Below are positions 1 through 9,508 of a DNA stretch of 64,000 nt, piece after piece. The DNA lies in the NCBI GenBank assembly GCA_964549495.1, contig CAZJWJ010000002.1, forward strand, positions 28,559-92,558, read 5' to 3'. Both the position numbers and the translations under genes were made by a program. The notes under the pieces were generated by a model. The model did no database searches and was not told the origin of the DNA. It saw only the letters and a program-made list of their open reading frames with translations. The stretch's first letter is position 1. Each line of letters starts with the position of its first letter. Source of the stretch: an uncultured Anaerolineales bacterium (GTDB lineage Bacteria; Chloroflexota; Anaerolineae; Epilineales; Epilineaceae).

Positions 1-160
1 GATCGTGCAGCATCAGCGTTGTCAAGTAGGCCCAGAGGACCAGGATGCCGATGGCGCTGGCCTTGCGCCCTCGGAGGGACGAGCGGATCACGATCTCCAT
101 GGCCAGATAGACCGCGGCGACGATGATCGCGAGGTTGGCCAAGGCGACCAAGAGGCTCAC
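1..160 (-). CDS. Membrane protein, 5' part only (runs off window start)
   Basis: Read manually: GTG at 160 opens VSLLVALANLAIIVAAVYLAMEIVIRSSLRGRKASAIGILVLWAYLTTLMLHD..., two hydrophobic helices; directly downstream of the hydrolase on the same strand. Confidence 0.55.
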   Translation of the reverse strand, partial: MSLLVALANLAIIVAAVYLAMEIVIRSSLRGRKASAIGILVLWAYLTTLMLHD

Positions 161-193
161 GATGCGTCCCGTATCCTCGCTGGGCGCCCGAAT

Positions 194-1243
194 CTAACCT
201 CGCTGCAGGAGTGGAAGGTAAACTTCCTCGGGCGGCGCGATGGTCGGGCTCGCGGTCGCCGGCGGGCTGGGGCTCGCCGATGGCTCCGGGAACCGGGTCG
301 GCTCGCCCGTCGCGGTCGAGGTCTCCGTCGGCTCGGGCTCGTCGGTCGCGGTCGGGTTCGGTTCCGCGGTGGGGCTGGGGATCGGCGATTGGAGCCAGAG
401 GCGGTCGTAGGCGTATTCGGCGAAGACCGACATCAGCGCGTCCGGCATGAAGGGGGCGTGGCCTTCGCCCTGCAAGGGGTGGAAGAGGTAAGGGATGTCG
501 ACCTGCTCGGCTCGGTCGCGCAGGTTCTCGGCTTCGCTGAAGGGCACCACGGTATCTCGAGTTCCATGGATGATGGCCAGCGGCGGCTCGCCGGCCTCCA
601 TCTGCCCCACTTCGTTGTAGAGCCCGCCCCAGAGGTCGAGCACCAGCGCGACCTCCTGGGAGCGGTCCGCCGGGCCGGCCAGCTCGTAGTCGGTGTAGGT
701 GCTGAAGAGCGCGGTGATGGCGCCGGCCGAGGAGCCGCCGATGACGATGCGGCCGGTGTCCAGCCGGTGTTCATCGGCATGTTCGATCAACCAGTTCACC
801 GATTGGCGCGCGTCGCTGACGGCGGCGGGGATGCCCTGGGTGACGATGTTGCCCTGGTTGATGCGGTAGCTGGGCGCGACGGCCACGTAGCCCCGGCGGG
901 CCATCAGCTCGCAGTAGAAGCGGGGCTCGAAGTCCTTGGTGCCGCCGACGAAGCCGCCGCCGAAGAAGAAGATGAAGACCGGCCGCTCGGTCTCGGTGTC
1001 GCCGGCCGGTTCGTAGATGTCCAGCTTCAGCTCGACCTCGCGGCCGCTCGGGATGTCGATGGCGCGACCGTAGGTCACATCGTTGGTCCGCTCGATCTCG
1101 TCGAAGACCAGATCGACATAACGCTGAGGTTCGCCTTGGGCGGCGGCGGATCGCGTGCCGGAGCCCTGAAGCCAGACGGCGATCAGGCTGGCGCAGGCCA
1201 GGCAGCCAAGCGTGGCCAGCGGCGACGAGTTCGGACGGTCCAT
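194..1243 (-). CDS. Secreted alpha/beta-hydrolase (carboxylesterase, BD-FAE-like) with Pro/Thr linker and C-terminal YLP tail
   Basis: FFGGGF oxyanion motif, GGSSAG nucleophile elbow, IIHGTRD and GEGH; N-terminal signal-like segment; ends PTIAPPEEVYLPLLQRG. ATG 1243 preceded by GAGGTG. Confidence 0.85.
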   Translation of the reverse strand: MDRPNSSPLATLGCLACASLIAVWLQGSGTRSAAAQGEPQRYVDLVFDEIERTNDVTYGRAIDIPSGREVELKLDIYEPAGDTETERPVFIFFFGGGFVGGTKDFEPRFYCELMARRGYVAVAPSYRINQGNIVTQGIPAAVSDARQSVNWLIEHADEHRLDTGRIVIGGSSAGAITALFSTYTDYELAGPADRSQEVALVLDLWGGLYNEVGQMEAGEPPLAIIHGTRDTVVPFSEAENLRDRAEQVDIPYLFHPLQGEGHAPFMPDALMSVFAEYAYDRLWLQSPIPSPTAEPNPTATDEPEPTETSTATGEPTRFPEPSASPSPPATASPTIAPPEEVYLPLLQRG

Positions 1244-1615
1244 CCTGGCACCTCGATTCGGTGGGGGCGGAGGCCTGCCGGCCACGGAGACTTCGACTTG
1301 CGATGATAGCAGTCCTCGCCCTCCTCGAGCCGCGGTGGTCCGGACAGGCTATCATGGGACCGGGGGCGTCAAGGCGAAGACGGAGGTCAACCGATGCCAC
1401 GCGACCAAGTTTCGACATGAACCCGATCTTCAGCGCTGCTGCCGCGCGGGGTGTCATGCGGCGGTTCCAACCGCATTGCCGGCGCTGCGGTCGACCGCTC
1501 GGTTACGGACGCTGGCGCCAGTGGTCGACTCGGCGCTGCCGGAACTGCCGTCGGATCGACTCGAAGTCGGATTCCTCGTGCGGTACCAAGAAGCGGGCTT
1601 GATGACTCCTCCGGC

Positions 1616-3322
1616 TCAGAGCGCCCCCGAGCCGATGCGCCCCAGATAGCCCTGGCGTCGCTGCGAGTCCTCGACGTAGTCCAGCACCGTAGCTGCCTCG
1701 AAGTCGCATTGCTCCAGGGTCAGCCGCAGCATGGCCAGGCCGGCTTCGAGCTCGGGCTGGACCACGGCCAAGGCGCGCGGGTCGGCCTGCAAACGCTCCA
1801 GCTCCGCGATGCTCGTGGCGCGCAGGATGATCGAGGGCCCCTCGCCATCGGCCCCCTGGTGTGACATGATCGCCCGGTTCACCTCCGGCGCCGGGACGGT
1901 GCTCACCAGCAGCCGGGCGCGTTGCAGGCCGGCAGCTTCGAGGACCGCGTGGCTTCGGGCATCGCCGAAGAGGACCGGGAAGCCCGCCTCCACGGCGCGA
2001 TCGAAAGCCCGATGGTCGAGCTCGATGGCGACGAAATCGATCTCGGCCTCGCGCAGCGCCTCGGCCAGGAGCCAGCCGGCTCGGCCGCAGCCGGCCAGGA
2101 TCACATGTTCCTGCAGCCCTTGCTCGGGCAAGTTGGCCGATAGTGGTTCTTGCTCCGGCCGGCGCGAGCGGACTCGGGCGTAGATCGGCGCCGTGGCCGA
2201 GGCCGCCAGCGGAGTCAGCGCCATGCTGATGACGGCCGTGACCAGCACCAGGCTGTAGAGCTCCTGCGAGATCGAGCCGCTCTGCAAGCCCACGCGGGCC
2301 AGGACGAAGGAGAACTCGCCGACCTGGAAGAGCGTCAGCCCGACGGCCAAGGGGATCACGCTGTGATAGCCCATCAGGCGCGCCAGCAGGCTCAAGACCA
2401 GGCCCTTGCCCAGGGCGACCAGCGCGACGACCTGCAAGACCAAGGCCAGGTTCTCCAGCAGGAAGCCCGGATCGAAGAGCATGCCGGCCGAGGCGAAGAA
2501 GATCAGCCCGAAGAGATCGCGCAGCGGGATCATGTCGCCCAGGGCCTGATGGCTGTAGGGGGACTCGCTGAGCACGATGCCGGCCACGAAGGCGCCCAGT
2601 GCGAAGGACAGGCCGGCCAGGTAGGTGGCGTAGGCCAGCCCCAGCGCGATGGCCACGTGGAAGAGCAGGAAGAGCTCGCGCGAGTTGCTGCGCGCGACCC
2701 AGGCCAGGAGGCGCGGGATCCAGCGCGTGCCCAGGAGCAGCATGCCGGCCAGGAACAGCGCCGCCACCAGGGCCACCCGCAGCAGCGTCGCTCCGCTGCC
2801 CTGCAGATCCGTCAAGCGCGGCAAGATGATGATCATCGGCACGAAGATCAGATCCTGCACCAGCAGCATGCCGATCATCACCCGCGAGCTCAAGGTACCC
2901 ATCAATCCCTGATGCTGAAGCGTCTTGAGGGTCACCATGGTGCTCGAGAGCGCGATCATCGCGCCGAACCACAGGCTCTGGGCGCCGCCCAGGCCCAGGC
3001 CGAGCAGGGCGGCGATGCCGGCGCCGAGGCCCATGCAGAGCAGGATCTGCAGCGGCGTGCCCACCAGCGCAATCCAACGCACCGGCCGCAGGTCCTTGAT
3101 CGACAGCTCGAGCCCCAGGGTGAAGAGCAGGAGCGCCACGCCGAGCTCGGCCAGGAGCTCGATGTCATGCACGTCGGCCACCGTCACGCCACCGGTGTAG
3201 GGACCCACCAGCACGCCGGCCAGGATGTAACCCAGGATCAAGGGCTGGCGCAGCGCCTGGGCCAGTGCGCCGCCGATGAGACCGGCCACTACGATGATGG
3301 CGACGTCCGCCGCGATGCCCAT
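1616..3322 (-). CDS. CPA2-family cation:proton antiporter with C-terminal TrkA-N (KTN) domain (KefB/YbaL-like)
   Basis: Many TM helices, [11 protein letters not shown] and [10 protein letters not shown] motifs, C-terminal ILAGCGRAG Rossmann and VLFGDA. Confidence 0.9.
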   Translation of the reverse strand: MGIAADVAIIVVAGLIGGALAQALRQPLILGYILAGVLVGPYTGGVTVADVHDIELLAELGVALLLFTLGLELSIKDLRPVRWIALVGTPLQILLCMGLGAGIAALLGLGLGGAQSLWFGAMIALSSTMVTLKTLQHQGLMGTLSSRVMIGMLLVQDLIFVPMIIILPRLTDLQGSGATLLRVALVAALFLAGMLLLGTRWIPRLLAWVARSNSRELFLLFHVAIALGLAYATYLAGLSFALGAFVAGIVLSESPYSHQALGDMIPLRDLFGLIFFASAGMLFDPGFLLENLALVLQVVALVALGKGLVLSLLARLMGYHSVIPLAVGLTLFQVGEFSFVLARVGLQSGSISQELYSLVLVTAVISMALTPLAASATAPIYARVRSRRPEQEPLSANLPEQGLQEHVILAGCGRAGWLLAEALREAEIDFVAIELDHRAFDRAVEAGFPVLFGDARSHAVLEAAGLQRARLLVSTVPAPEVNRAIMSHQGADGEGPSIILRATSIAELERLQADPRALAVVQPELEAGLAMLRLTLEQCDFEAATVLDYVEDSQRRQGYLGRIGSGAL

Positions 3323-3548
3323 GTCTTCCGATCGCCTCGAAGAACTCAGATGATGACGTTGCGTCCGATCCACTGACCGAATACGAAGCATACCATGGCC
3401 CCCGTCGGCAGGAAGCTGGATGCCCTGGAAGCCGGACATGTCTCCGGCGTCGGAACGCTACAATGGTGGCGATGATACCGATATCCGAGTTCGTGTCACT
3501 ACGACCCACGAGCACGATCCCGGAGACGTCAAGCCGCAGGAGAGACCC

Positions 3549-4343
3549 ATGGACTCGGACGACCGAACGATCGGCAAGATCCTGACCCGACGGGAAGTGC
3601 TGCGCATCCTCGGCGCGACCGGCGTTGCCGCGGTCGCCGGTTGCAGGACCGAGGCCGGCGATCCGACGACGACCTCGCAGTTAGAACAGCCGACCCCGAG
3701 CGTCGCGACCAGCCCGGCCTCGCTGGCGAGGGAGCCGGGTGCGGCCGAAGCGGTCGACACCGCGATCCCCGAAATGCTGGACTGTGTCGTACGGCCCGAA
3801 ATGACCGAAGGACCCTACTACATCGACGTCGGCATGCTCCGATCGGAGATCACCGAAGGCAAGGCGGGCCGGCCGCTCTCGCTGACCTTCCGTGTCTTGG
3901 AGGTGGATGAAGCTGGTTGCCGGCCGATGCCGGATGCCCTGGTCGAGATCTGGCATTGCGACAAGGACGGCGTCTATTCCGGCGTCAGCGATTTTCGCTT
4001 CGACACCAGCGGCCAGACCTGGCTCCGCGGCGCGCAGCGCAGCGATGACGCTGGCGAGGTCACCTTCCAGACCATCTACCCAGGTTGGTATCCCGGCCGC
4101 TGCGTCCACATACACTTCAGGGTCCTTCCGACCGAGGACACGATCTTCACCTCGCAGCTCTTCTTCCCAGATCAGTTCAACGAAGAGGTGATCGCGCAGG
4201 CCCCTTACGACAAGGGTCTGCCGGATCGAAGCAACCGCCAGGATGGGATATTCGATGACTCGCTCGTGGTCCAGCCGAACATGACCAACACAGGCGTCGA
4301 GGCCACCTTCGCGCTCGGCATCGACCTGAGCACGATCCGGTAG
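3549..4343 (+). CDS. Tat-exported intradiol ring-cleavage dioxygenase-like protein
   Basis: LTRREVL twin-Arg signal, EGPYY, VEIWHCDKDGVYSG, PGWYPGRCVHIH iron-ligand motifs; AGGAGA RBS before ATG 3549. Confidence 0.85.
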   Translation: MDSDDRTIGKILTRREVLRILGATGVAAVAGCRTEAGDPTTTSQLEQPTPSVATSPASLAREPGAAEAVDTAIPEMLDCVVRPEMTEGPYYIDVGMLRSEITEGKAGRPLSLTFRVLEVDEAGCRPMPDALVEIWHCDKDGVYSGVSDFRFDTSGQTWLRGAQRSDDAGEVTFQTIYPGWYPGRCVHIHFRVLPTEDTIFTSQLFFPDQFNEEVIAQAPYDKGLPDRSNRQDGIFDDSLVVQPNMTNTGVEATFALGIDLSTIR

Positions 4344-4598
4344 GGCCGAATTCGACCGGATCGCGGTGGACGACGAGCTCGAGTCGTGGTGATCTGGCCG
4401 ACGATCCGAGCTCGTCAGGTGGGCGTCAGCGGCCGGGGAGCTGCGGGCGAGGATCGCGTCCGCGGTTGGGGATGCGGGGGTCAAGCAGGGTTCGAGATCG
4501 GCGATTAGACTGGTGTCACGATCGATGAACGCAGTGATGCGAGCGACGCGACACCCGCGCCAAGCCAAACCCGAACCCCAACCCGTGGAGGACACGAC

Positions 4599-5057
4599 AT
4601 GAAGCGCATGAGCACCCTGATCGCCGGCCTGCTGACCCTGATCGCCTTTACCGCCACCGCCAACACCGCTTCGGCCGACATGGGCGACTACGCCTGGGGC
4701 ATGGAGCCTTTCGCTCCGGTCATCGAGCGCTGGGCCACCGAAGCGCAAGAGTTGACGACGGCCGCACTGGCCAAGCCCGAGTTGGCCTGCTCGGCGGAGA
4801 TGGCCGAGATGACCCTGCGCGGCCGGTCCATTGCCGACGACTTGGACGGGATGACGCGTCTGGCGCCCGAGCCCATCGTTCTGACCCACGTTCAACTGTC
4901 GCGAAGTGTTCGCGTGATGGCCGCCGCTGCCGGCCACAGCTGTGAGGACGCGGCGGCTGCCGTGGCCGAGATGGAAGTGGGCCACGAGCGCTTCGCCGGT
5001 CCGATGAGCCAGATCCACGCCTTCGTCAACGACGCCCGCGGCATCGTCGTCCGCTGA
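4599..5057 (+). CDS. Secreted hypothetical protein (152 aa, helical, two Cys)
   Basis: GGAGG RBS, Sec signal MKRMSTLIAGLLTLIAFTATANTASA, gene-like codon usage, followed by a hairpin. Confidence 0.75.
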   Translation: MKRMSTLIAGLLTLIAFTATANTASADMGDYAWGMEPFAPVIERWATEAQELTTAALAKPELACSAEMAEMTLRGRSIADDLDGMTRLAPEPIVLTHVQLSRSVRVMAAAAGHSCEDAAAAVAEMEVGHERFAGPMSQIHAFVNDARGIVVR

Positions 5058-5122
5058 GCCGGGACGACCACGACCCGGCCAGCCGGTGCCGGGTGATTCC
5101 AAACCGGCGCATCCACGGGTGA

Positions 5123-5152
5123 ACGACGGGCGGCCCAAAGGCCGCCCGTCGT
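5123..5152. terminator. Perfect 13-bp hairpin between convergent genes
   Basis: ACGACGGGCGGCC-CAAA-GGCCGCCCGTCGT; no U-tract. Confidence 0.6.
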
Positions 5153-5239
5153 CACGTCTGTCACCGATTCGAGTCGGGTCCGGAAGGGTATCGCTCTGAT
5201 GCGCCGCCGCAGTGCATCAACGAGTCTTGCGAACGCGCC

Positions 5240-7231
5240 CTAGAACAGGCGCATCAAGAGCGAGGTCAGGGGCACGCCGATGATCAGCAGCAGGACGAAG
5301 CCGCCGATGCCCAGGAGCAAGGTCGTGCCGGCGCCCAGCGGCCGGCTGGGCTCGACCTCGGCACCGGCGGCGATCTGGCCCACCGCCGACACCACCTGAT
5401 CGACCAGATCATCTTCGCTCCAGCGATCGACCCCCGCCCATTCGACATCCGCGTTTCGGGTTGGCAGGAGCAGCTTGAGCGCCTCACTTTCCGCGATGGC
5501 GGTCGCGATCTCGGGCCGGTCGCCACCCACCTCCAGGGTGTCCCAGGGCAGCACCAGCAGCTTGGCCTCCGAGATGGCCCGCAGTGCATCTCGACTGCTT
5601 ACGGCTTCGGCCGGCCCCGCATCCTCCTCGCCCGAATCGCCCAGCCGATCGCGGGCATCGCGGGTCAAGCCCACGGCAGCCACCGGCAAGCCCTCCAGCT
5701 CCTCGCCGAAGGCATGCAGCAGGGCATGACCCAGATGGCCGTCCGCGGCGTCGACGATGAGGGTCGGCCAGGCCGACAGCCGGCGCCGGAGGGCCGCCTC
5801 GTCGAGGTGGCCGTCACCGCGCAGCACCCGGAAGTGCATGGCCCAGCCGCCGGCGGCGATGCTGGCGATGGACAGGGCCTGGGCCAAGTCGAAGCCCAGG
5901 TCGTTCTCCGGATCCGGCTCGCCCAGCGCCGTGCTGACCAGCCTGAAGACGATGTAGACGCCGCTGACGATCAAGGCCACCGAGCTCACCAAGAGGAAGA
6001 AGTAGAGATAGGCCTTGCGCGAGAGGGCGTCGCGAGCCTGCTCGCCGGCCTCCCCCTCGGCCAGAGCTTCTCCCTGGGCGCGCCGCCAGGGCAAGAGCCA
6101 GACCGGTAGGCCGGCCAGCAGGCCGGCGGCCGAGAAGGCCAGGAGCTCGCGCTGCGCATCCCCGATCTCCGCCGGGCCGACCATGCGGATCAAGACGCTG
6201 ACCAGGCCGGCCAGTCCGGCCCCGAAGGCGGCCAATCCGACCGCCGCCACCAGGTAGTCGTAGAGCCGGCGGATGCCCGACTGCCGCGGCGCCTCCGGCG
6301 CGGCCGATGCGTCACGGTCCAGGACCCGATGGTGGTAGGTCCAGATCAGTCCGTTGACCGCCATCACCGACAGCGCAGCCAAGAGGTCGCCCTGGCGCTC
6401 CAAGCCCAGCTGCTCGCGGAAGAAGCCGGCCAAGAGCAGGGCGGCCTGGGTGACCGTGGTCAAGACCGTGACCAGCACGACCCCGTAGAGGTAGAGCTTG
6501 CGCAGGGTCGAGCGCTCCTCGTCGCGCCGGCCCGAATCGAAGGCCGCTTGGGCCTTGCGCCAGCTCCAACCCCAGAAGAGCGTGCCGACGATGGCGCCGG
6601 CGGACAGATCGGCCAGGCCGCGACCGCCCATGGCCACGCTGACCGCCGCGGCGTCGAGGGAGACCAACAGCAGGCGCAAGAGGCCGATGATCGCATTGGC
6701 CGCGAGGGTCAGCCCCACCGCAGCCAGGACCAGGTCCGCGAGCCGCCGGAAGGCCGGCGCTCGACCCGGTTCGCCGACCGCTTGCCGATCGGAGATCAGA
6801 AGACGCCGGTTGTACACGGCGACGACCAAGAGCACCAGGATGCCCACCGAGGCGCGCACGAGCTCGCTGGCCGTCGAGCTGCCACCGACCGGACTGGCTC
6901 CGGCCAGCGGCGTCAACAGGGCGCGTAGCAGCATCTGCCCGTGGGCCAGGATGCCCAGGCAGAAGAGCAGGTCCATCGCATGGAGGTAGAAGCGTCGGGC
7001 GTCGGCACTCCGCTCGGCCGGCTGTCGCGCTATCCGCTCCGCCCAGCGCCAGTGGAGCAGATGGATCGGTACCAGAATGACCAAGACCGCGATCTGGAAC
7101 GACAGGTCGGGAATCGAGAAGGCGCGATCGGGATCTACCAGTGAGCGCAGCAGGAAGATGCCGGCCCAGGTAGCCGCCTGGAGGGTCAGCGCAGAGGTGA
7201 TCAGGATGTAGGCGCGGCGTAGCGAGCGCAT
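5240..7231 (-). CDS. Polytopic membrane protein, DUF5671-like repeats plus C-terminal soluble domain
   Basis: Repeated helical-hairpin units (RRFYLH, STLRKLYLY, IRRLYDYLV, LSRKAYLY); ATG 7231 after GGAAAGGGAAG. Confidence 0.7.
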   Translation of the reverse strand: MRSLRRAYILITSALTLQAATWAGIFLLRSLVDPDRAFSIPDLSFQIAVLVILVPIHLLHWRWAERIARQPAERSADARRFYLHAMDLLFCLGILAHGQMLLRALLTPLAGASPVGGSSTASELVRASVGILVLLVVAVYNRRLLISDRQAVGEPGRAPAFRRLADLVLAAVGLTLAANAIIGLLRLLLVSLDAAAVSVAMGGRGLADLSAGAIVGTLFWGWSWRKAQAAFDSGRRDEERSTLRKLYLYGVVLVTVLTTVTQAALLLAGFFREQLGLERQGDLLAALSVMAVNGLIWTYHHRVLDRDASAAPEAPRQSGIRRLYDYLVAAVGLAAFGAGLAGLVSVLIRMVGPAEIGDAQRELLAFSAAGLLAGLPVWLLPWRRAQGEALAEGEAGEQARDALSRKAYLYFFLLVSSVALIVSGVYIVFRLVSTALGEPDPENDLGFDLAQALSIASIAAGGWAMHFRVLRGDGHLDEAALRRRLSAWPTLIVDAADGHLGHALLHAFGEELEGLPVAAVGLTRDARDRLGDSGEEDAGPAEAVSSRDALRAISEAKLLVLPWDTLEVGGDRPEIATAIAESEALKLLLPTRNADVEWAGVDRWSEDDLVDQVVSAVGQIAAGAEVEPSRPLGAGTTLLLGIGGFVLLLIIGVPLTSLLMRLF

Positions 7232-7251
7232 GGGGCTTCCCTTTCCCGCCA

Positions 7252-7785
7252 TCAGGGCTGGATGGGCCGTGGATCGACCACACCGTCGCGACGACAGCCC
7301 TCGGGCGGCGGATCGCTCCACATCCACCACCAGTAGCTGTCCGACTGCGCGAGGCGCCAGGTACCCGCCTCGCGGACCAGCTTCATCTCGAAGTCGCGGC
7401 TGCTCTGCCCGCTGTCGAAGAGCCCGCCGGTCCAGAAGCGCGTCTCACGCACCGTGACCAGGGCCACATCGCCCTCGACGCTGGAGGACTCGACCTGCAG
7501 CTCCAAATTGTCGAAATCGCGCAGCCAGCGGTTGCCCTCGCTGAGATCGTCCAGCAACACTTCGGGCGACTCGGGATAGCAGGGCAAGGACGGCGACAGA
7601 AGCGCCTGCGCGCGCTCCCAGTCCTCGCGCTGCAGCGCGAGGAGGTAGTTGTGAGCCGCCGCCTCGGGGCTGTCGTCCGAGCGGTACTCCGGTTCAGGCC
7701 GCAGGCGGGCCGCGGCGAAGGCCACGACCACCAGCACCAGGACGCCGGCTACGATGGCGGCGAGGAAACGATCGTTGGAAGACAT
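7252..7785 (-). CDS. Membrane-anchored NTF2-like hypothetical protein
   Basis: MSSNDRFLAAIVAGVLVLVVVAF anchor, SPEAAAHNYLLAL...DWERAQALLS and LVREAGTWRL pattern typical of NTF2-like lipoprotein folds. Confidence 0.65.
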   Translation of the reverse strand: MSSNDRFLAAIVAGVLVLVVVAFAAARLRPEPEYRSDDSPEAAAHNYLLALQREDWERAQALLSPSLPCYPESPEVLLDDLSEGNRWLRDFDNLELQVESSSVEGDVALVTVRETRFWTGGLFDSGQSSRDFEMKLVREAGTWRLAQSDSYWWWMWSDPPPEGCRRDGVVDPRPIQP

Positions 7786-8003
7786 GGGCTGCTTGCTCCC
7801 TGGTCGTGTGGTGACGAAACGAGCGGCGACGGCCACGACGTCGACCGTCGGATCGATACCGCCCGGCCAGTGTACATCGGCGATGCCGATGACGAAACCG
7901 CCAAGTGGCCAGTTTCCGGGCCGGTCGACGGGCGAGCCTCGAACCCGCGTTGGCGCAGGTGAGCGAGGTGACGGAGGTGCCGTCGATCGTCGGGCCGGCC
8001 ATC

Positions 8004-8012
8004 TGCTACAAT
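8004..8012 (+). promoter_or_regulatory. Extended -10 promoter (TGcTACAAT)
   Basis: TGCTACAAT 8 nt upstream of GTG 8021; no Shine-Dalgarno in between. Confidence 0.55.
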
Positions 8013-8020
8013 GCCGGCTC

Positions 8021-9508
8021 GTGACCACCCCCATCCGCCTCCTGGCGCTGGCCGTCCCGATCCTCTGCCTTCCCCTCGTGCTCGGGGTCTTATCGTCGGC
8101 GCGTCCGGTCCTCGCGCAGGATGCGAGCTGGCAGGAGCGCAGCGTCGGCTCCTTCGTCCTGGTCCATCCGCCAGGGACCGAAGCGGTGGTCGGGCATTAC
8201 GAGGCCCGGTCCGAGTCGATCTATCAGGCCTTGTCGACGGCTTTCGACGGCCAGCTCGAGCTGCCGGTCACCTTGCGGCTCTACGCGGACGACGATGCCT
8301 ATCTGCGGGCCAATCCGCTCTTCGTCGAACTGGGCGGGGTGCTGGCCCAGGCCCGGCGCGGGCGTCGCGAGCTGGCCATCTCTTTGCCTCGCGTCCTGGA
8401 GGGTGCGGAGCTCGGCGAGGCGGCAGTCGAGGCCGACACGCGGCGGCGGCTGGACAATGCCCTGCGCCTGGAGTTGGGTCAGCTCTTCGTGGCACGGCTG
8501 AGCGCGGAGCGGATGCCGGCCGGCTTCCGCAACGGCATCGCCGCCTACATGCAGCAGCCGGGTGGCGAGATGCAGGCCGGCGTCGCGCGCCTGCGCGAGG
8601 CGCGCGACGCCGGCCTGCTCATCGCCTGGACGGCCTTGAACGCGCCCGGCGCCGAATACCTCGACCCGCCCCTGGCCCAGCCGCAGAGCCTCTCGATCGC
8701 CCACTTCCTGGTCGAGCTGGAAGGTTTTGCCGGCCTGCGGGAACTCCTTCGGCAGAGCGCCACAAGCCAGGGCTGGCGCGAGGCGCTAGAGCGGAGCTAC
8801 GGCCGGCCACCCTCGGCAATCGAGCAGGCTTGGCTGGAGTGGCTGCCGCGCTATCTGGACGGCGGCTGGCGACAGCACGCGCTCTATCGGAGCGACCTGG
8901 CGCCGGCCGAAGCCCTGATGCGCCAGGGCCGCTTCGAAGCCGCCGTCGCCCAGCTGGCGGGCAGCATCTCGATGTTGGAGGGAACCGATGCCGAGGCCCT
9001 CGCCCCGGCGCGCCGAGCGCTGGCCCGGGCCGAGGCAGGACTCCAGGCGCGCCAGCAGGCCGAGCAGGCCGCAGAGGCCTTGGCCGACGGCCGCTACCGC
9101 GAGGCCCTCGACCTGGCCGCCGAGGCCCGCAGCCGCCTGGCCGAGGCCGGCGATGCGGCGGGCCGGGACTACGCGGCCGCCATCGCCGAGCGGGCCGCCG
9201 AAGGGGCCGAGGCGGAGGCCGAGCTGGCCCGAGCCGAGGCCCTCCCGCTCTGGCGCGCGGCCGAGGCGCGGCTGGCCGGATACCGCGCCATGCAGGGCCT
9301 GGCGCGGGTGGGCAATCAGGCCGCCGCCGACCGCGCCCGTGCCCTCGTCGAGCGCCTCGACCGGCGCCAGGCGCCCCTGGGTTGGCTGCTCTTGGGCGCC
9401 GGGCTCTGCCTGGTCGGATGGAGCATGCGCCAGCGCTGGGTGGCTGGCGATCCGCGCTCGCCGGCCCCTCGAGGCGAGGTCGGCGGCCCGCTCGGCGGCC
9501 GACCGTGA
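8021..9508 (+). CDS. Secreted/membrane-anchored peptidase-MA-like protein with degenerate zinc motif and helical TPR-like C-terminal half
   Basis: Signal peptide; LRLELGQ...MPAGFRNGIAAY aligns by eye with the HExxH...PxWFxEGxAxY pattern; C-terminal TM helix. Confidence 0.6.
   Translation: MTTPIRLLALAVPILCLPLVLGVLSSARPVLAQDASWQERSVGSFVLVHPPGTEAVVGHYEARSESIYQALSTAFDGQLELPVTLRLYADDDAYLRANPLFVELGGVLAQARRGRRELAISLPRVLEGAELGEAAVEADTRRRLDNALRLELGQLFVARLSAERMPAGFRNGIAAYMQQPGGEMQAGVARLREARDAGLLIAWTALNAPGAEYLDPPLAQPQSLSIAHFLVELEGFAGLRELLRQSATSQGWREALERSYGRPPSAIEQAWLEWLPRYLDGGWRQHALYRSDLAPAEALMRQGRFEAAVAQLAGSISMLEGTDAEALAPARRALARAEAGLQARQQAEQAAEALADGRYREALDLAAEARSRLAEAGDAAGRDYAAAIAERAAEGAEAEAELARAEALPLWRAAEARLAGYRAMQGLARVGNQAAADRARALVERLDRRQAPLGWLLLGAGLCLVGWSMRQRWVAGDPRSPAPRGEVGGPLGGRP

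Noticed and set aside
194-400. Short tandem-like repeats (GGTCG/GGCTCG runs), also 20150-20260
   Set aside because: They encode Pro/Thr/Glu linkers; not CRISPR or VNTR arrays.
3681-5138. 485-aa minus-strand ORF spanning two plus-strand genes
   Set aside because: Antisense shadow of the dioxygenase-like gene and the secreted 152-aa gene, both of which have RBS and signal peptides.
8011-9504. N-terminal part of the listed 902-aa ORF, and similar long extensions (12432, 15859, 50608, 52706, 42539)
   Set aside because: They overlap real upstream genes in another frame; internal starts with stop/start overlaps or RBS explain the genes.
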